DNA of 64,000 nt from a bacterium. Lineage in GTDB: Bacteria; Babelota; Babeliae; Babelales; Vermiphilaceae. The stretch lies in NCBI GenBank assembly GCA_021833825.1, contig JAKBEL010000021.1:525-64524 (forward strand). The letters are read 5' to 3'. How positions within the stretch are numbered: position 1 is the stretch's first letter; each line of letters opens with the position of its first letter. Both the position numbers and the translations under genes were made by a program. Positions 17,545 through 26,853 of the stretch are shown here, piece after piece. Below the pieces are notes generated by a model, which saw nothing but the letters and a program-made list of their open reading frames with translations, did not search any database and was not told the origin of the DNA.

Positions 17545-17975
17545 TAATTCTCCTGTTGGCAACGGCGCAAAAAGGCTGAGATAGCAGCACGAAGTTCAGG
17601 ATCTTCTATGCGATGTAAAGCCTGCTGTTCTTTGCTACTAAGTGGAATCATTCTGCAATTCAGCCGTTTTGTGGGTAGCTCTCTTTTTTCTTTCTGTTTT
17701 GGCATTCCTATCTTTTTAAAGCGTAAAGATTTTATGCGTGGCGCGTCTAGCTTTTTGTTGATTGTCTGTATTAATAGAGGTGAAAGCATATAAAGCTCTT
17801 GCAGCCAACAGGAATCGGCAACGCCGAGTACTAAGTGGTCATCATTGATCTTTTCAAGATGAACCTTGGTCTTTAAATTTCCTAAAATAGTTGGCCAATG
17901 TTGAAGGAGTTGGAGCTTCCAATTATCTTGATGATCAATAGCGTTGCGTATGAGATCTTTAATTGATTTTATCAT
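17544..17975 (-). CDS. DUF721/DciA-like protein (candidate replicative helicase loader)
   Basis: WPTILGNLKTKVHLEKINDDHLVLGVADSCWLQELYMLSPLLIQTINKKLD...IKSLRFK follows the DUF721 consensus pattern. Confidence 0.6.
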   Translation of the reverse strand: MIKSIKDLIRNAIDHQDNWKLQLLQHWPTILGNLKTKVHLEKINDDHLVLGVADSCWLQELYMLSPLLIQTINKKLDAPRIKSLRFKKIGMPKQKEKRELPTKRLNCRMIPLSSKEQQALHRIEDPELRAAISAFLRRCQQEN

Positions 17976-18087
17976 AGTCTTTTCTGCTTAGGGTGATATT
18001 AATTAAATCAATTCTGATCATTGTTATTATTATATTATTACATATTTTTTACATTTTTCTACTTGCAGTGAAAGAGGGTGTACAGAT

Positions 18088-18115
18088 TTGACAAATATAA
18101 CATGAGTCGTATTAT
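18088..18115 (+). promoter_or_regulatory. Candidate sigma-70-type promoter
   Basis: TTGACA (18088-18093), a 16-nt spacer, then TATTAT (18110-18115), about 50 nt upstream of the ATG at 18164. Confidence 0.4.
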
Positions 18116-18163
18116 TATTTTTAAATATACTATTGTTTACATTATTTAATCTTTAGGGGTGCG

Positions 18164-19186
18164 ATGAAAAGACTCTTTTTATTGTTTAGTTTAGTGAGTG
18201 TTATTTATCTCCGTTCGGCTGCCGATGAATCAAATTTAGTGTCTTATAATTGTCAGATAGAATCATTTGATGAATTAAATGATATTTTTGATCAATGTAA
18301 TGTCTCTATTGATAGAAAAGTCTGTGTGGGTATAGATTTCGATGAGACTCTGGTGGCAAAATGTATTGCTTTGCCAGGAGGGAAAAAGGTTTTACGTTTA
18401 ATGAATGGAGAGATTAAAAATCCAGAAGAGGCTGCATATAATGAAGCAAAAAAGCTGAAAGAGCAATTTGGCCTTGCGGAAGATGCTGATTTGGTCAATG
18501 AAGCTCTAGTAAGAGGTGGCTATGGTGATTTGATGATGAATACCATAGCATTGTTTCCAGATAAGATTGAAGAGATTGCCAAAGGTAGTGCTGGTGCAGG
18601 TATATCTCCAGAGCAATATGTGGTTGCGCAATATATTAAAAAGAGTTATAAGCAAGAATTTATAGAATCGGAAGATGTTATAAAGGCTGCAGTCAAATGT
18701 TTACAGATGAAGGGAGCATTTGTAACGATTGCTTCTGCCGGGAGCCCATCTGAGAGTCGCTCAAATATGGCCTGCAATGTTGGGTTTAAGTTTTGGGTTG
18801 CAGGCTCTTCAAAGTTTGCAAATCTGCATGGCACGGCTCAATTTGGCACGATATATAATTTGGCCATTAGAGATGAAAGCAGGGGCGCTATTGATACTAA
18901 AAAGCTAGCTTTGCAAACGCAGCAAGAGATTTATGGTAATGATCCACTTGTTGATCGATTTGAGACTTATGTATTGATTGATAATAATAAAAGAGCGGTA
19001 GCTGGGTTCTTAAGAGATGCTGCAAAATTACTATGGGATAAGCCTACTAAAGTGATAGGAATTCATTATCATTCAGAATACAATCAGATAACGGCTCAAA
19101 AATTGCTTGAAGAGTTTAATGATATAAGTGGAAAAAAGGACTCAGCATCAGGTTGGTGGGGATATTTAACTGGATATAGAAATTAA
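18164..19186 (+). CDS. Leader-bearing hypothetical protein with HAD-type DxDxT motif
   Basis: Leader MKRLFLLFSLVSVIYLRSAADE. VGIDFDETL resembles HAD motif I. The rest is unassigned. Confidence 0.55.
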   Translation: MKRLFLLFSLVSVIYLRSAADESNLVSYNCQIESFDELNDIFDQCNVSIDRKVCVGIDFDETLVAKCIALPGGKKVLRLMNGEIKNPEEAAYNEAKKLKEQFGLAEDADLVNEALVRGGYGDLMMNTIALFPDKIEEIAKGSAGAGISPEQYVVAQYIKKSYKQEFIESEDVIKAAVKCLQMKGAFVTIASAGSPSESRSNMACNVGFKFWVAGSSKFANLHGTAQFGTIYNLAIRDESRGAIDTKKLALQTQQEIYGNDPLVDRFETYVLIDNNKRAVAGFLRDAAKLLWDKPTKVIGIHYHSEYNQITAQKLLEEFNDISGKKDSASGWWGYLTGYRN

Positions 19187-19233
19187 GAATTTTACAAGGG
19201 GCCAAAGTTTAGAAAAAAGACTTAGGCCCTTTT

Positions 19234-19962
19234 TTATGAAAGATATTCTATGGCATGGTACTGTAAAAAGAGATTTTTCCAGAAAATTTTAGAGCTCCCT
19301 GGCATAGGTGGTTGCATTAAAGCTTTCTGAAATAGTTGTGCTCGTCTTAAATCAATCGCCTGTTGTGTTTCTCTGTATTGTTTCATCCAATAGGCCATCA
19401 GTTGATCAATAAGTTCCAATGATTCATGTTCATTAATCTCACTATTGCTGATTTCTGCCAAAAAGGGAGCAGCAAGTTGTGGTTTTTGTGCAGTAAAATA
19501 GGCATATAATGTCTGATATGTAGCAGATTGAAGATCGAATGATGTAAATGAGCGAATTATGCATCGAGAAACGATCGTTGGTAGCAGACTCTCTTTGCGT
19601 TCTGTACATAGAATAAAATGGTATCCTTGTGGTGGCTCTTCAACTGTTTTAAGCAGGCTATTTGCACATTGAGTAGTCAATAGATCTACTCGTTGTAATA
19701 TAAAAAAATAGCTCTGATCATGGTCAAGAAGAAAGGCGATCTGTTCTTGAATAATTTCTAGGGTTTCTAGTGTATAGCCATTAGTTGGACAGATCCATGC
19801 AATGTTATGAAACTGCTTTTCTCTGATCTGCCGACAGGTAACACATGTGGCACAACCATTTTGTGGGCAAAAATGATGTTGTAAGAAGGTAATGATCTCT
19901 GAATGTAGGTGGTCGTGCTTTCCGACCCAGAGTTGAGTCTGTGCTATTGGTTTTGCTATCAT
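19234..19962 (-). CDS. holB: DNA polymerase III delta-prime subunit (short form)
   Basis: Cys cluster CATCVTCRQI and LLKTVEEPPQGYHFILCTE...LPTIVSRC. There is a 4-nt ATGA overlap with tmk. Confidence 0.8.
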   Translation of the reverse strand: MIAKPIAQTQLWVGKHDHLHSEIITFLQHHFCPQNGCATCVTCRQIREKQFHNIAWICPTNGYTLETLEIIQEQIAFLLDHDQSYFFILQRVDLLTTQCANSLLKTVEEPPQGYHFILCTERKESLLPTIVSRCIIRSFTSFDLQSATYQTLYAYFTAQKPQLAAPFLAEISNSEINEHESLELIDQLMAYWMKQYRETQQAIDLRRAQLFQKALMQPPMPGSSKIFWKNLFLQYHAIEYLS

Positions 19963-20588
19963 ATTGTGTCAAGTCGTGGCATTAAAGCTGATAGGGTCTC
20001 TTGTATAACTGATTCTCTGTTCTGGTTACCATTAATAATTATAACATCAGTGCGATTTTTATAAAGATCACAAAAACCATCATTAATTTTGCGCATAAAG
20101 AGTTCCTCCTCTTTTTCAAAAGCGCTGAGATGATTGCTTCGCTTGATGCATCGTTGGCGAGCAATAGTGGGATCGATATGCACAAAAATGGTCAGATTTG
20201 GCATATATTCATTGAGCGCCCATCTATTGACCATCTTTATCATATCAATCTCAAGTCCCCGAGCATACCCTTGATAGGCGATAGAAGAATCTCCCATGCG
20301 ATCTGAAATAACAATGTTGCCTTGTGCAAGTGCGGGTAATATTACCTCTTGTGCATGTTGTGCTCTATCAGCTGCAAACAGAAGATATTCTGCTTTGGGG
20401 CATATTGCAACATGTTGTTCTTGGACAATAGATCGAATCTCCTTTCCTAATGGAGTATCTCCCGGCTCTTTTGTCAGAATAGCGGGGATATTTTTTGCAC
20501 AAAAATGGTCATAAAGTTCTTTGGCTAATGTGCTTTTGCCAGAACCATCGATGCCTTCAATGGCAATAAGAAGACCGTTTTTATTCAT
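19959..20588 (-). CDS. tmk: Thymidylate kinase
   Basis: IAIEGIDGSGKST P-loop and a DR(M/Y) region. The ATG at 20588 is preferred over the GTG at 20624. Confidence 0.85.
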   Translation of the reverse strand: MNKNGLLIAIEGIDGSGKSTLAKELYDHFCAKNIPAILTKEPGDTPLGKEIRSIVQEQHVAICPKAEYLLFAADRAQHAQEVILPALAQGNIVISDRMGDSSIAYQGYARGLEIDMIKMVNRWALNEYMPNLTIFVHIDPTIARQRCIKRSNHLSAFEKEEELFMRKINDGFCDLYKNRTDVIIINGNQNRESVIQETLSALMPRLDTI

Positions 20589-20693
20589 GAGATACCTTGC
20601 AATTAATTGGTTCTTGCATAACACTGCTTAATTATGATGATATGAGATAGTATACTAAAAATATGATTTTTAGCCTCAAAAAGGTGTTATAAA

Positions 20694-22256
20694 ATGAGAT
20701 CACTATTAGAAGAAAAAGATATTGAGTTGCAGCGATTTCAAGATCAGATGAAGAAATTGACAATCAATGGTCAATTGATGAGTTTAGGAAATATTCTCGC
20801 GTATGCAGCCGTTCAGCATGGAAGCGCTATTGCGCTAGAAGCAGAGTCGCACAGTATCAGTTATACGTCCCTTTATCAACGGGCATGTATGTTTTCAGTG
20901 CAGCTTAAAAAGAAGGGCATTAAAGAGGGTGATGCAGTTCTTGTCTGGCTTGAAAATTCCATTGAATTTTATATTGCATATTTTGGTGTTTTGCAGATCG
21001 GTGCAATTGTTGCTCCATTGAATGTCTATTTAACAGAGCATGAATTGACTCATATTGTCCATGATGCAAATGCGCAATTGGTGGTGACATCAAAAGATTT
21101 TTGTCAGCGCTTAAAAGAGGGGCACAATACTCTTCCGATTTTGCTTATCGAAGAGACTATAGATCTTGACGCGCATATTACGCTTGAGCATTGTGAAGTT
21201 GTGCAGAAGGATCCAGATGCTTTGACGTTGTTATTATATACATCTGGCACTACTGGATTGCCTAAAGGGGTTATGATCAGTTCAAGTAATGCACTTCATA
21301 ATGCCTGTCAAGCACTTGCTAGAATACGATTCGCGCAATGTCGTGTATTATGTGTATTGCCACTGTTTCATAGTTTTACGCAAAATGCTTGTGTCTGGAC
21401 CCCCTTGATATATGGTTGTACCGTTATTCTTGTGCGTAAAATAGATCGCCGCCTGATTTTAGAGGGGCTTGCAAAAAAGCCGGATATCTTTTTAGGTGTA
21501 CCAGCTCTTTATGGACTTTTGTGTCTGATGAAAACTGCGCCTATTGAAAATATTCAGTTGTTTGTTTGTGGAGCAGACGCTCTGCCAGACAGAATACGTT
21601 CATCATTTGCTCTGGTCTATAATCGTAAAATTGCCAATGGTTATGGCATGACTGAGAGTTCTCCTTTTATATCGGTTGATCTTGAAGATGTTACTGAACC
21701 GACTAATTGTGTAGGAAGGCCATGTGTTTATCTTGATGTGCAAATAAGAGATGAGCTGGGGAATGTTTTGCCGCAAGGGTCAGTTGGGCAATTGTGGGTT
21801 AAGGGGCCAAATGTTATGCTCGGTTACTATAATGCGCCTGAACAGACAGCTGAGGTTCTTAAGGATGGTTGGTTAAACACGGGTGATTTAGCCTATATCA
21901 ATAGGCATGAAAAGATAGTAATATCTGGTCGGGAAAAAGATATTATTAAAAATAAGGGGCTTATGATCTACCCACAAGAGATAGAGAATGTGATTCTTGG
22001 CCATGCTGACGTCTTGCGCGTTGGTGTTATTGGCAAACCAGATGAGGCTGGAGAGGTTCCTATTGCTATAGTGCAGATTCGTGCAGAGAATGCTGACATT
22101 GAATCGCAACTATTAAAGTTGTGTAAAGAGCGATTAGCTCCTTATAAAGTCCCAAAAGGTTTTATTATTATTCGCCATGATCCACCATTGACGGCCACAG
22201 GTAAGATGAATAAAAAAGCTCTCAAAAAAGAGTATCTGAAAGATGAAAAAATATAA
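20694..22256 (+). CDS. AMP-dependent acyl-CoA synthetase/ligase (long-chain-fatty-acid--CoA ligase-like)
   Basis: LLYTSGTTGLPKGVM, GYGMTE, TGDLAY and a KNKG... region. Confidence 0.85.
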   Translation: MRSLLEEKDIELQRFQDQMKKLTINGQLMSLGNILAYAAVQHGSAIALEAESHSISYTSLYQRACMFSVQLKKKGIKEGDAVLVWLENSIEFYIAYFGVLQIGAIVAPLNVYLTEHELTHIVHDANAQLVVTSKDFCQRLKEGHNTLPILLIEETIDLDAHITLEHCEVVQKDPDALTLLLYTSGTTGLPKGVMISSSNALHNACQALARIRFAQCRVLCVLPLFHSFTQNACVWTPLIYGCTVILVRKIDRRLILEGLAKKPDIFLGVPALYGLLCLMKTAPIENIQLFVCGADALPDRIRSSFALVYNRKIANGYGMTESSPFISVDLEDVTEPTNCVGRPCVYLDVQIRDELGNVLPQGSVGQLWVKGPNVMLGYYNAPEQTAEVLKDGWLNTGDLAYINRHEKIVISGREKDIIKNKGLMIYPQEIENVILGHADVLRVGVIGKPDEAGEVPIAIVQIRAENADIESQLLKLCKERLAPYKVPKGFIIIRHDPPLTATGKMNKKALKKEYLKDEKI

Positions 22257-23334
22257 GCTTGTGCATGTCACTTCAAGTTTATGTATAGGTGGTGCTGAAA
22301 AAGTTCTCTATATGCTCATCAAAGGGTTGCAACAGAAGGGTTATGATCAGGTAGTTGTGTATATCCATGGTGGCCCATATGTTGGTAAGTTACAGGAGCT
22401 TGGTATTAGAACGTATCAACTGCGTGGATTTTTTTCGCGCTATGATCTCATCTTTTTTATTCGTCTTTATCGATTATTAAAAAAAGAGCAACCATCAGTT
22501 ATTCATTCACTTTTATGGGCAGCCAATGTAGTATCACGCCTTTGTGGGTGGGCGGCCCGTATTCCAGTAGTTTCTGTCTATCATAATAATGTTGAGCAGG
22601 ATGGTTATATTCGATCATTATGTGATCAATTGACCATCTCTTTGGCAACCTATAATATTGCGGTCTCTGCTCAGGTAGCAGCGTCAGTTAGAGAAAGAGC
22701 ATGGGTTCCTGGTAGGCGCATATCAGTTATTACCAATGGGATTGATCTTGCATATGATAAGATTGTCTATCGATCAAAAAAAGAGTTGGGCATTCAAGAT
22801 GACTATTTTGTAATAGGTGCTGTTGGTAGATTGGTTCCGGTTAAACGGTTTGATTATTTAATTGATGCTTATGTTGCATGTGCGATTCCATCAAGTTGTT
22901 TGCTAATTATTGGCTCTGGTCCATTAGAAAAAGCATTGCGAAATCAGGTTGTTAGGTTGCATGTGGAGCATAAGGTCTATTTTTTAACCGATTCTGAAGC
23001 ATTAGCCTATTATAGGTTATTTGACTGTTTTGTTCAGCCATCAGAAAAAGAGGGGGTCTCATTGGCTCTTCTTGAGGCGATGAGTTTTTGCAAGGCAGTA
23101 GTGGTTATGGGCAATAATAAAGAACATCCAATTGTTACTCATGGGTATGATGGTTTAGTTGAAGATTCATATAGCAAAGATAAGCTTAAAGATGCTTTGT
23201 GCTATCTTTATAATAATAGAGATAAGCGTGTTGAATTAGGGCTTAGAGCGGGGAGCACAGTTCAGAAAAAGTTTGAATCGACCCGCATGGTTCAAGCGTA
23301 TCAAAATCTATTTGATCAATTGAGCTTTATGTAG
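22243..23334 (+). CDS. Glycosyltransferase, GT4-type (GT-B fold)
   Basis: N-terminal GGAEKV and C-terminal EKEGVSLALLEAMSF (E-x7-E). Confidence 0.8.
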   Translation: MKKYKLVHVTSSLCIGGAEKVLYMLIKGLQQKGYDQVVVYIHGGPYVGKLQELGIRTYQLRGFFSRYDLIFFIRLYRLLKKEQPSVIHSLLWAANVVSRLCGWAARIPVVSVYHNNVEQDGYIRSLCDQLTISLATYNIAVSAQVAASVRERAWVPGRRISVITNGIDLAYDKIVYRSKKELGIQDDYFVIGAVGRLVPVKRFDYLIDAYVACAIPSSCLLIIGSGPLEKALRNQVVRLHVEHKVYFLTDSEALAYYRLFDCFVQPSEKEGVSLALLEAMSFCKAVVVMGNNKEHPIVTHGYDGLVEDSYSKDKLKDALCYLYNNRDKRVELGLRAGSTVQKKFESTRMVQAYQNLFDQLSFM

Positions 23335-23464
23335 ATATTTTTGAGAGAAAAAGAGGGCTGGGGGGCGTTGTGTAGATTTTGTTTAGAAAAATTTGATTTT
23401 TAATAAGATATGGGTTACGATTTAAACATCAAATTATCTTAGATAACCTCCATTTCCCCTATCC

Positions 23465-24547
23465 ATGACGTTCTGTCAGGATGGGGGTAAACTTTTAAGT
23501 GCTTTCATGAAACATACCTGTAATCGTATCTATCCGTATGTGCAAAACGGACGATTTTATAACTATCCCAATGAAATTCCGGAAGGGTTCTTCTTTCGGT
23601 CATTGTATATTTATTTAAAATCACATGTGAACAGGTTGTTTTATCATCCACAGACGCAAGACTGGATTGTGAAGCCGAATGTTCCTCAAAGAAGTATAGT
23701 TCCCATTATCACCTGGATAGGCCATTCTACATTCTTAATACAGGTTGCAGGTTTTAATATTATTACCGACCCTATATTTGGCAATGCGACCACTCTGTTT
23801 CCTCGTATATTAAAGCCGGGGCTTGAATTGGCGCAATTGCCACCGATTGATTATGTTCTTATCTCTCACAATCATCTTGATCATATGGATGCTCCCGCTC
23901 TCTTTGTATTTAAAAATGATCATCCTCAGTGCTCTTATTTAGTCCCTTTGGGTGATAAAAAATGGTTCGATGAGCGTGGGTTTTCAAATGTTCGTGAATA
24001 TACTTGGTGGCAACAGGATAGTTTTTCTCTTGAAAATGAGCATGTCACCTTTACTTTTTTACCCGCCTTTCATTGGTCACAGCGGGGAATGTTTGATAAA
24101 AATAGGTCTTTGTGGGGCAGTTGGATGATTGATGTTGGGGGCAAGCGTATCTATTTTGCGGGCGATACAGCCTATACGCGCCATTTTAAGGTGATAGGGC
24201 AGGAGTTTGATCGTATTGATTGTGCTTTAATGCCTATCGGTCCTTGTGAGCCACATAAATGGATGAAGTTTTCTCATGCCAATGCTAAAGAATCATATCA
24301 AGGATTTCTTGATCTTCGTGCTCATCATTTTATTCCTATGCATTGGGGCACATTCTATTTTGGAACAGACACATTTGAGACGTCTCTTAAAGAGTTAGAA
24401 TCTGTGTGGAATAGTCTCCATCAAGATAGATTGTCTCAAAAGCGATTACATATAATGCATGTTGGCCAAACAATGCCATTGCCGACTAGTCAGCCCCCTG
24501 AATTAGAGAATGATCAATTGGTGGCAGGTTCTGTTGACGCAGCATAA
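23465..24547 (+). CDS. MBL-fold metallo-hydrolase, NAPE-PLD-like
   Basis: TWIGHSTFLIQ, ITDPIF and ISHNHLDHMD. An alternative ATG lies at 23507. Confidence 0.8.
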   Translation: MTFCQDGGKLLSAFMKHTCNRIYPYVQNGRFYNYPNEIPEGFFFRSLYIYLKSHVNRLFYHPQTQDWIVKPNVPQRSIVPIITWIGHSTFLIQVAGFNIITDPIFGNATTLFPRILKPGLELAQLPPIDYVLISHNHLDHMDAPALFVFKNDHPQCSYLVPLGDKKWFDERGFSNVREYTWWQQDSFSLENEHVTFTFLPAFHWSQRGMFDKNRSLWGSWMIDVGGKRIYFAGDTAYTRHFKVIGQEFDRIDCALMPIGPCEPHKWMKFSHANAKESYQGFLDLRAHHFIPMHWGTFYFGTDTFETSLKELESVWNSLHQDRLSQKRLHIMHVGQTMPLPTSQPPELENDQLVAGSVDAA

Positions 24548-24801
24548 TATGTCTCTTGGCCCAAAAAATCTGATGGCACATGTCGAATAAATTCAGATGG
24601 CGAAATTCAAGTTTTGCCCAAATTGGGTGAAGTTTTAGTGTGAGTGTGCCCAATGAGCAGAGGCACTTAAAGGTTGTAGAGTCTTTTTTCTCCGCATAAA
24701 AATTGTTTATATGTGATCAATAAAAAAAAATGGACCATTTTCCTTTCACATGGTATTATGGTTATGTTAATAAATATGTATCATGTTATACAGGATCGAT
24801 T

Positions 24802-25932
24802 ATGAAAAAATATATAGTAGCATTATTGCTTATTCAAGCAGTTCAATTGCTCAACGCAGCAGCTGATGAGGAAGATACTCCTGTTAATCCCCATCAGTTA
24901 TTGGGAGAGGCAGTTGCCCATTCTATTCATTTTTTTGCTCCAGCATCTTATTTGGGTGAACCATATGTAAGAAAATTATTATTAGGTGATCGCTTTCCTG
25001 TCCACAATGCGGTTGAACAAGGATCTCTCTTTAGGCTGGCATATTTTGTGTCCAGAGGGTTTGATTTGGAAGAAAGAGATAATATGGCATGGCGCACTCC
25101 ACTTCATAAGGCCTCTTGGTGGCTATTTGATAGAGATGTTCTGCTTTTTCTATTAAAAAAGGGCGCCGATGTTAACGCTCGTAATTATTTTGGGCACACA
25201 CCCATTTTTGAAGTTATTATGCAAGGCAACCCGGGTGGTGCGCAGTTGCTGTTAGAGCATGGTGCTGATCTTAATGCTCGAGATAATAGTGGCCGCACAC
25301 CATTTTTTCATGCGCGCAATGTGCCTACTTTTAGATGGTTACTAGAAAACGGTGCCGATGTTAATGTTCGAGATGATCATGACTGCACACCACTTTTTGG
25401 AGCTATTGAGCGCCTCAGGGGGCGAGATTGTGTTGAATTTTTACTGCAAAATGGTGCCGGTGTTAATGTTCGGGATACTTCTGGTAATACACCGCTTGGT
25501 TTTGCCATTTCAACGTATGGTAGAGCTCGGCTTGACTCAGAGCCTCTCTATTCTATTGTGCAACTATTAGTAGAAAGCGATGCTGATGTTAACGCTCAAG
25601 ATAATAATGGTTGCACTCCATTGCATAAAGCTGCATCTGTAGGGAATCTGCCTTGTGTAAAGCTCTTGCTAAAACAAAAAAATATTAATATTTATCTGAC
25701 GGATGCAGATCAAAAGAGTCCAGCACATTATGCTTTGAGAGGCATCAGAGATTGGAATAAAGATGATTATCTTCAGATTCTACAAGCATTAGCCCAAGAA
25801 GGCGCACCTCTTTCAGATGCTTCTTATCAGAATGATTTTGATCCACTGATTGAAGATGGAATAATTACGCAAGAAGAGTGGACTGATATTATGAGCTGGG
25901 TAGTTGAAGATGTTAAAATGGCGCAAGATTAA
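24802..25932 (+). CDS. Ankyrin-repeat protein with signal-type leader
   Basis: Repeated G.TPL...A...G....V..LL..GADVNA modules (about 7). Start taken at MKKYIVALLLIQAVQLLNAAADE, which is the same as in the downstream paralogue; the ORF-track start is 24730. Confidence 0.85.
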   Translation: MKKYIVALLLIQAVQLLNAAADEEDTPVNPHQLLGEAVAHSIHFFAPASYLGEPYVRKLLLGDRFPVHNAVEQGSLFRLAYFVSRGFDLEERDNMAWRTPLHKASWWLFDRDVLLFLLKKGADVNARNYFGHTPIFEVIMQGNPGGAQLLLEHGADLNARDNSGRTPFFHARNVPTFRWLLENGADVNVRDDHDCTPLFGAIERLRGRDCVEFLLQNGAGVNVRDTSGNTPLGFAISTYGRARLDSEPLYSIVQLLVESDADVNAQDNNGCTPLHKAASVGNLPCVKLLLKQKNINIYLTDADQKSPAHYALRGIRDWNKDDYLQILQALAQEGAPLSDASYQNDFDPLIEDGIITQEEWTDIMSWVVEDVKMAQD

Positions 25933-26004
25933 GAGAGTTCTTGTAAAACTACCATCTCATTATTCTGTTTAAAAAAAGATACATTTTATTATATAAGGTC
26001 GATT

Positions 26005-26685
26005 ATGAAAAAATATATAGTAGCATTATTGCTCATTCAGACAGTTCAATTGCTCAACGCAGCAGCTGATGATGAGGGTCTTTCTGTAGATATTGCGTGT
26101 TTATCAATAAAAAATGGTGCAGATATTGATGCTCGAGATAATTTTGGCCACACACGACTTTTTAAAGCTGTTTTAGGATATGATGAAGATCTCGTTCAGT
26201 CTTTACTAGCAAATGGCGCCGATGTTAATGCTCGGGACGTATCTGGCAACACTCCGCTTATTGCTGCGATTTCTGCTGTTTATCCGGATCAAAATTATTA
26301 TGGAGTTATTCTGGAATTGTTGATAGCAAAAGGCGCCGATATTAACAGTCAGGATAATTATGGTTACACTCCGCTACATCAAGCACTATCTTTTCGATAT
26401 CTGCCTTGCGTGCTACTTCTTTTAGAACAAGAAAATATTAATATTGATCTTAAAAGTAAATATGACGAGAGACCGATAGATTGCGTTTTGAATAGTTACT
26501 TCTGTTGGAAGAAAGATGATTATCTTCAGATTCTACAAGCATTTGCCCAAAGAGGCGCACCTCTTTCAGATGCTTCTTATCAGAATGATTTTGATCGATT
26601 GATTGAAGATGGAATAATTACGCAAGAAGAGCGGGCTGATATTATGAGCTGGGTAGTTGAAGATGTTAAAATGGCGCAAGATTAA
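26005..26685 (+). CDS. Ankyrin-repeat protein, shorter tandem paralogue
   Basis: The leader and the last ~60 aa (KDDYLQILQA..APLSDASYQNDFD.LIEDGIITQEE..DIMSWVVEDVKMAQD) are nearly identical to 24802-25932. The central ANK repeats differ. Confidence 0.85.
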   Translation: MKKYIVALLLIQTVQLLNAAADDEGLSVDIACLSIKNGADIDARDNFGHTRLFKAVLGYDEDLVQSLLANGADVNARDVSGNTPLIAAISAVYPDQNYYGVILELLIAKGADINSQDNYGYTPLHQALSFRYLPCVLLLLEQENINIDLKSKYDERPIDCVLNSYFCWKKDDYLQILQAFAQRGAPLSDASYQNDFDRLIEDGIITQEERADIMSWVVEDVKMAQD

Positions 26686-26776
26686 GAGAGCTCTTGTAAA
26701 ACTACCATTTATATTCGATACTTCATTAAATGAGTTGGAGATATTGTGGGGGCAACTCAAGAGGGGTGTATTGTTA

Positions 26777-26853
26777 TAAAAACGATTGCCTATCATGCAT
26801 GTTGGTCAAACCATAGCGATGACAGATCTTGAACTTATAGATAAAGCATTCAT
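26777..26853 (+). pseudogene. Decayed copy of the 3' end of the MBL-fold hydrolase gene (compare 24437-24520)
   Basis: Translates as KRLPIMHVGQTIAMTDLELIDKA..., versus KRLHIMHVGQTMPLPTSQPPELENDQL at the real gene end. DNA is about 75-80% identical by eye with one gap. It abuts the IS left inverted repeat. Confidence 0.65.
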
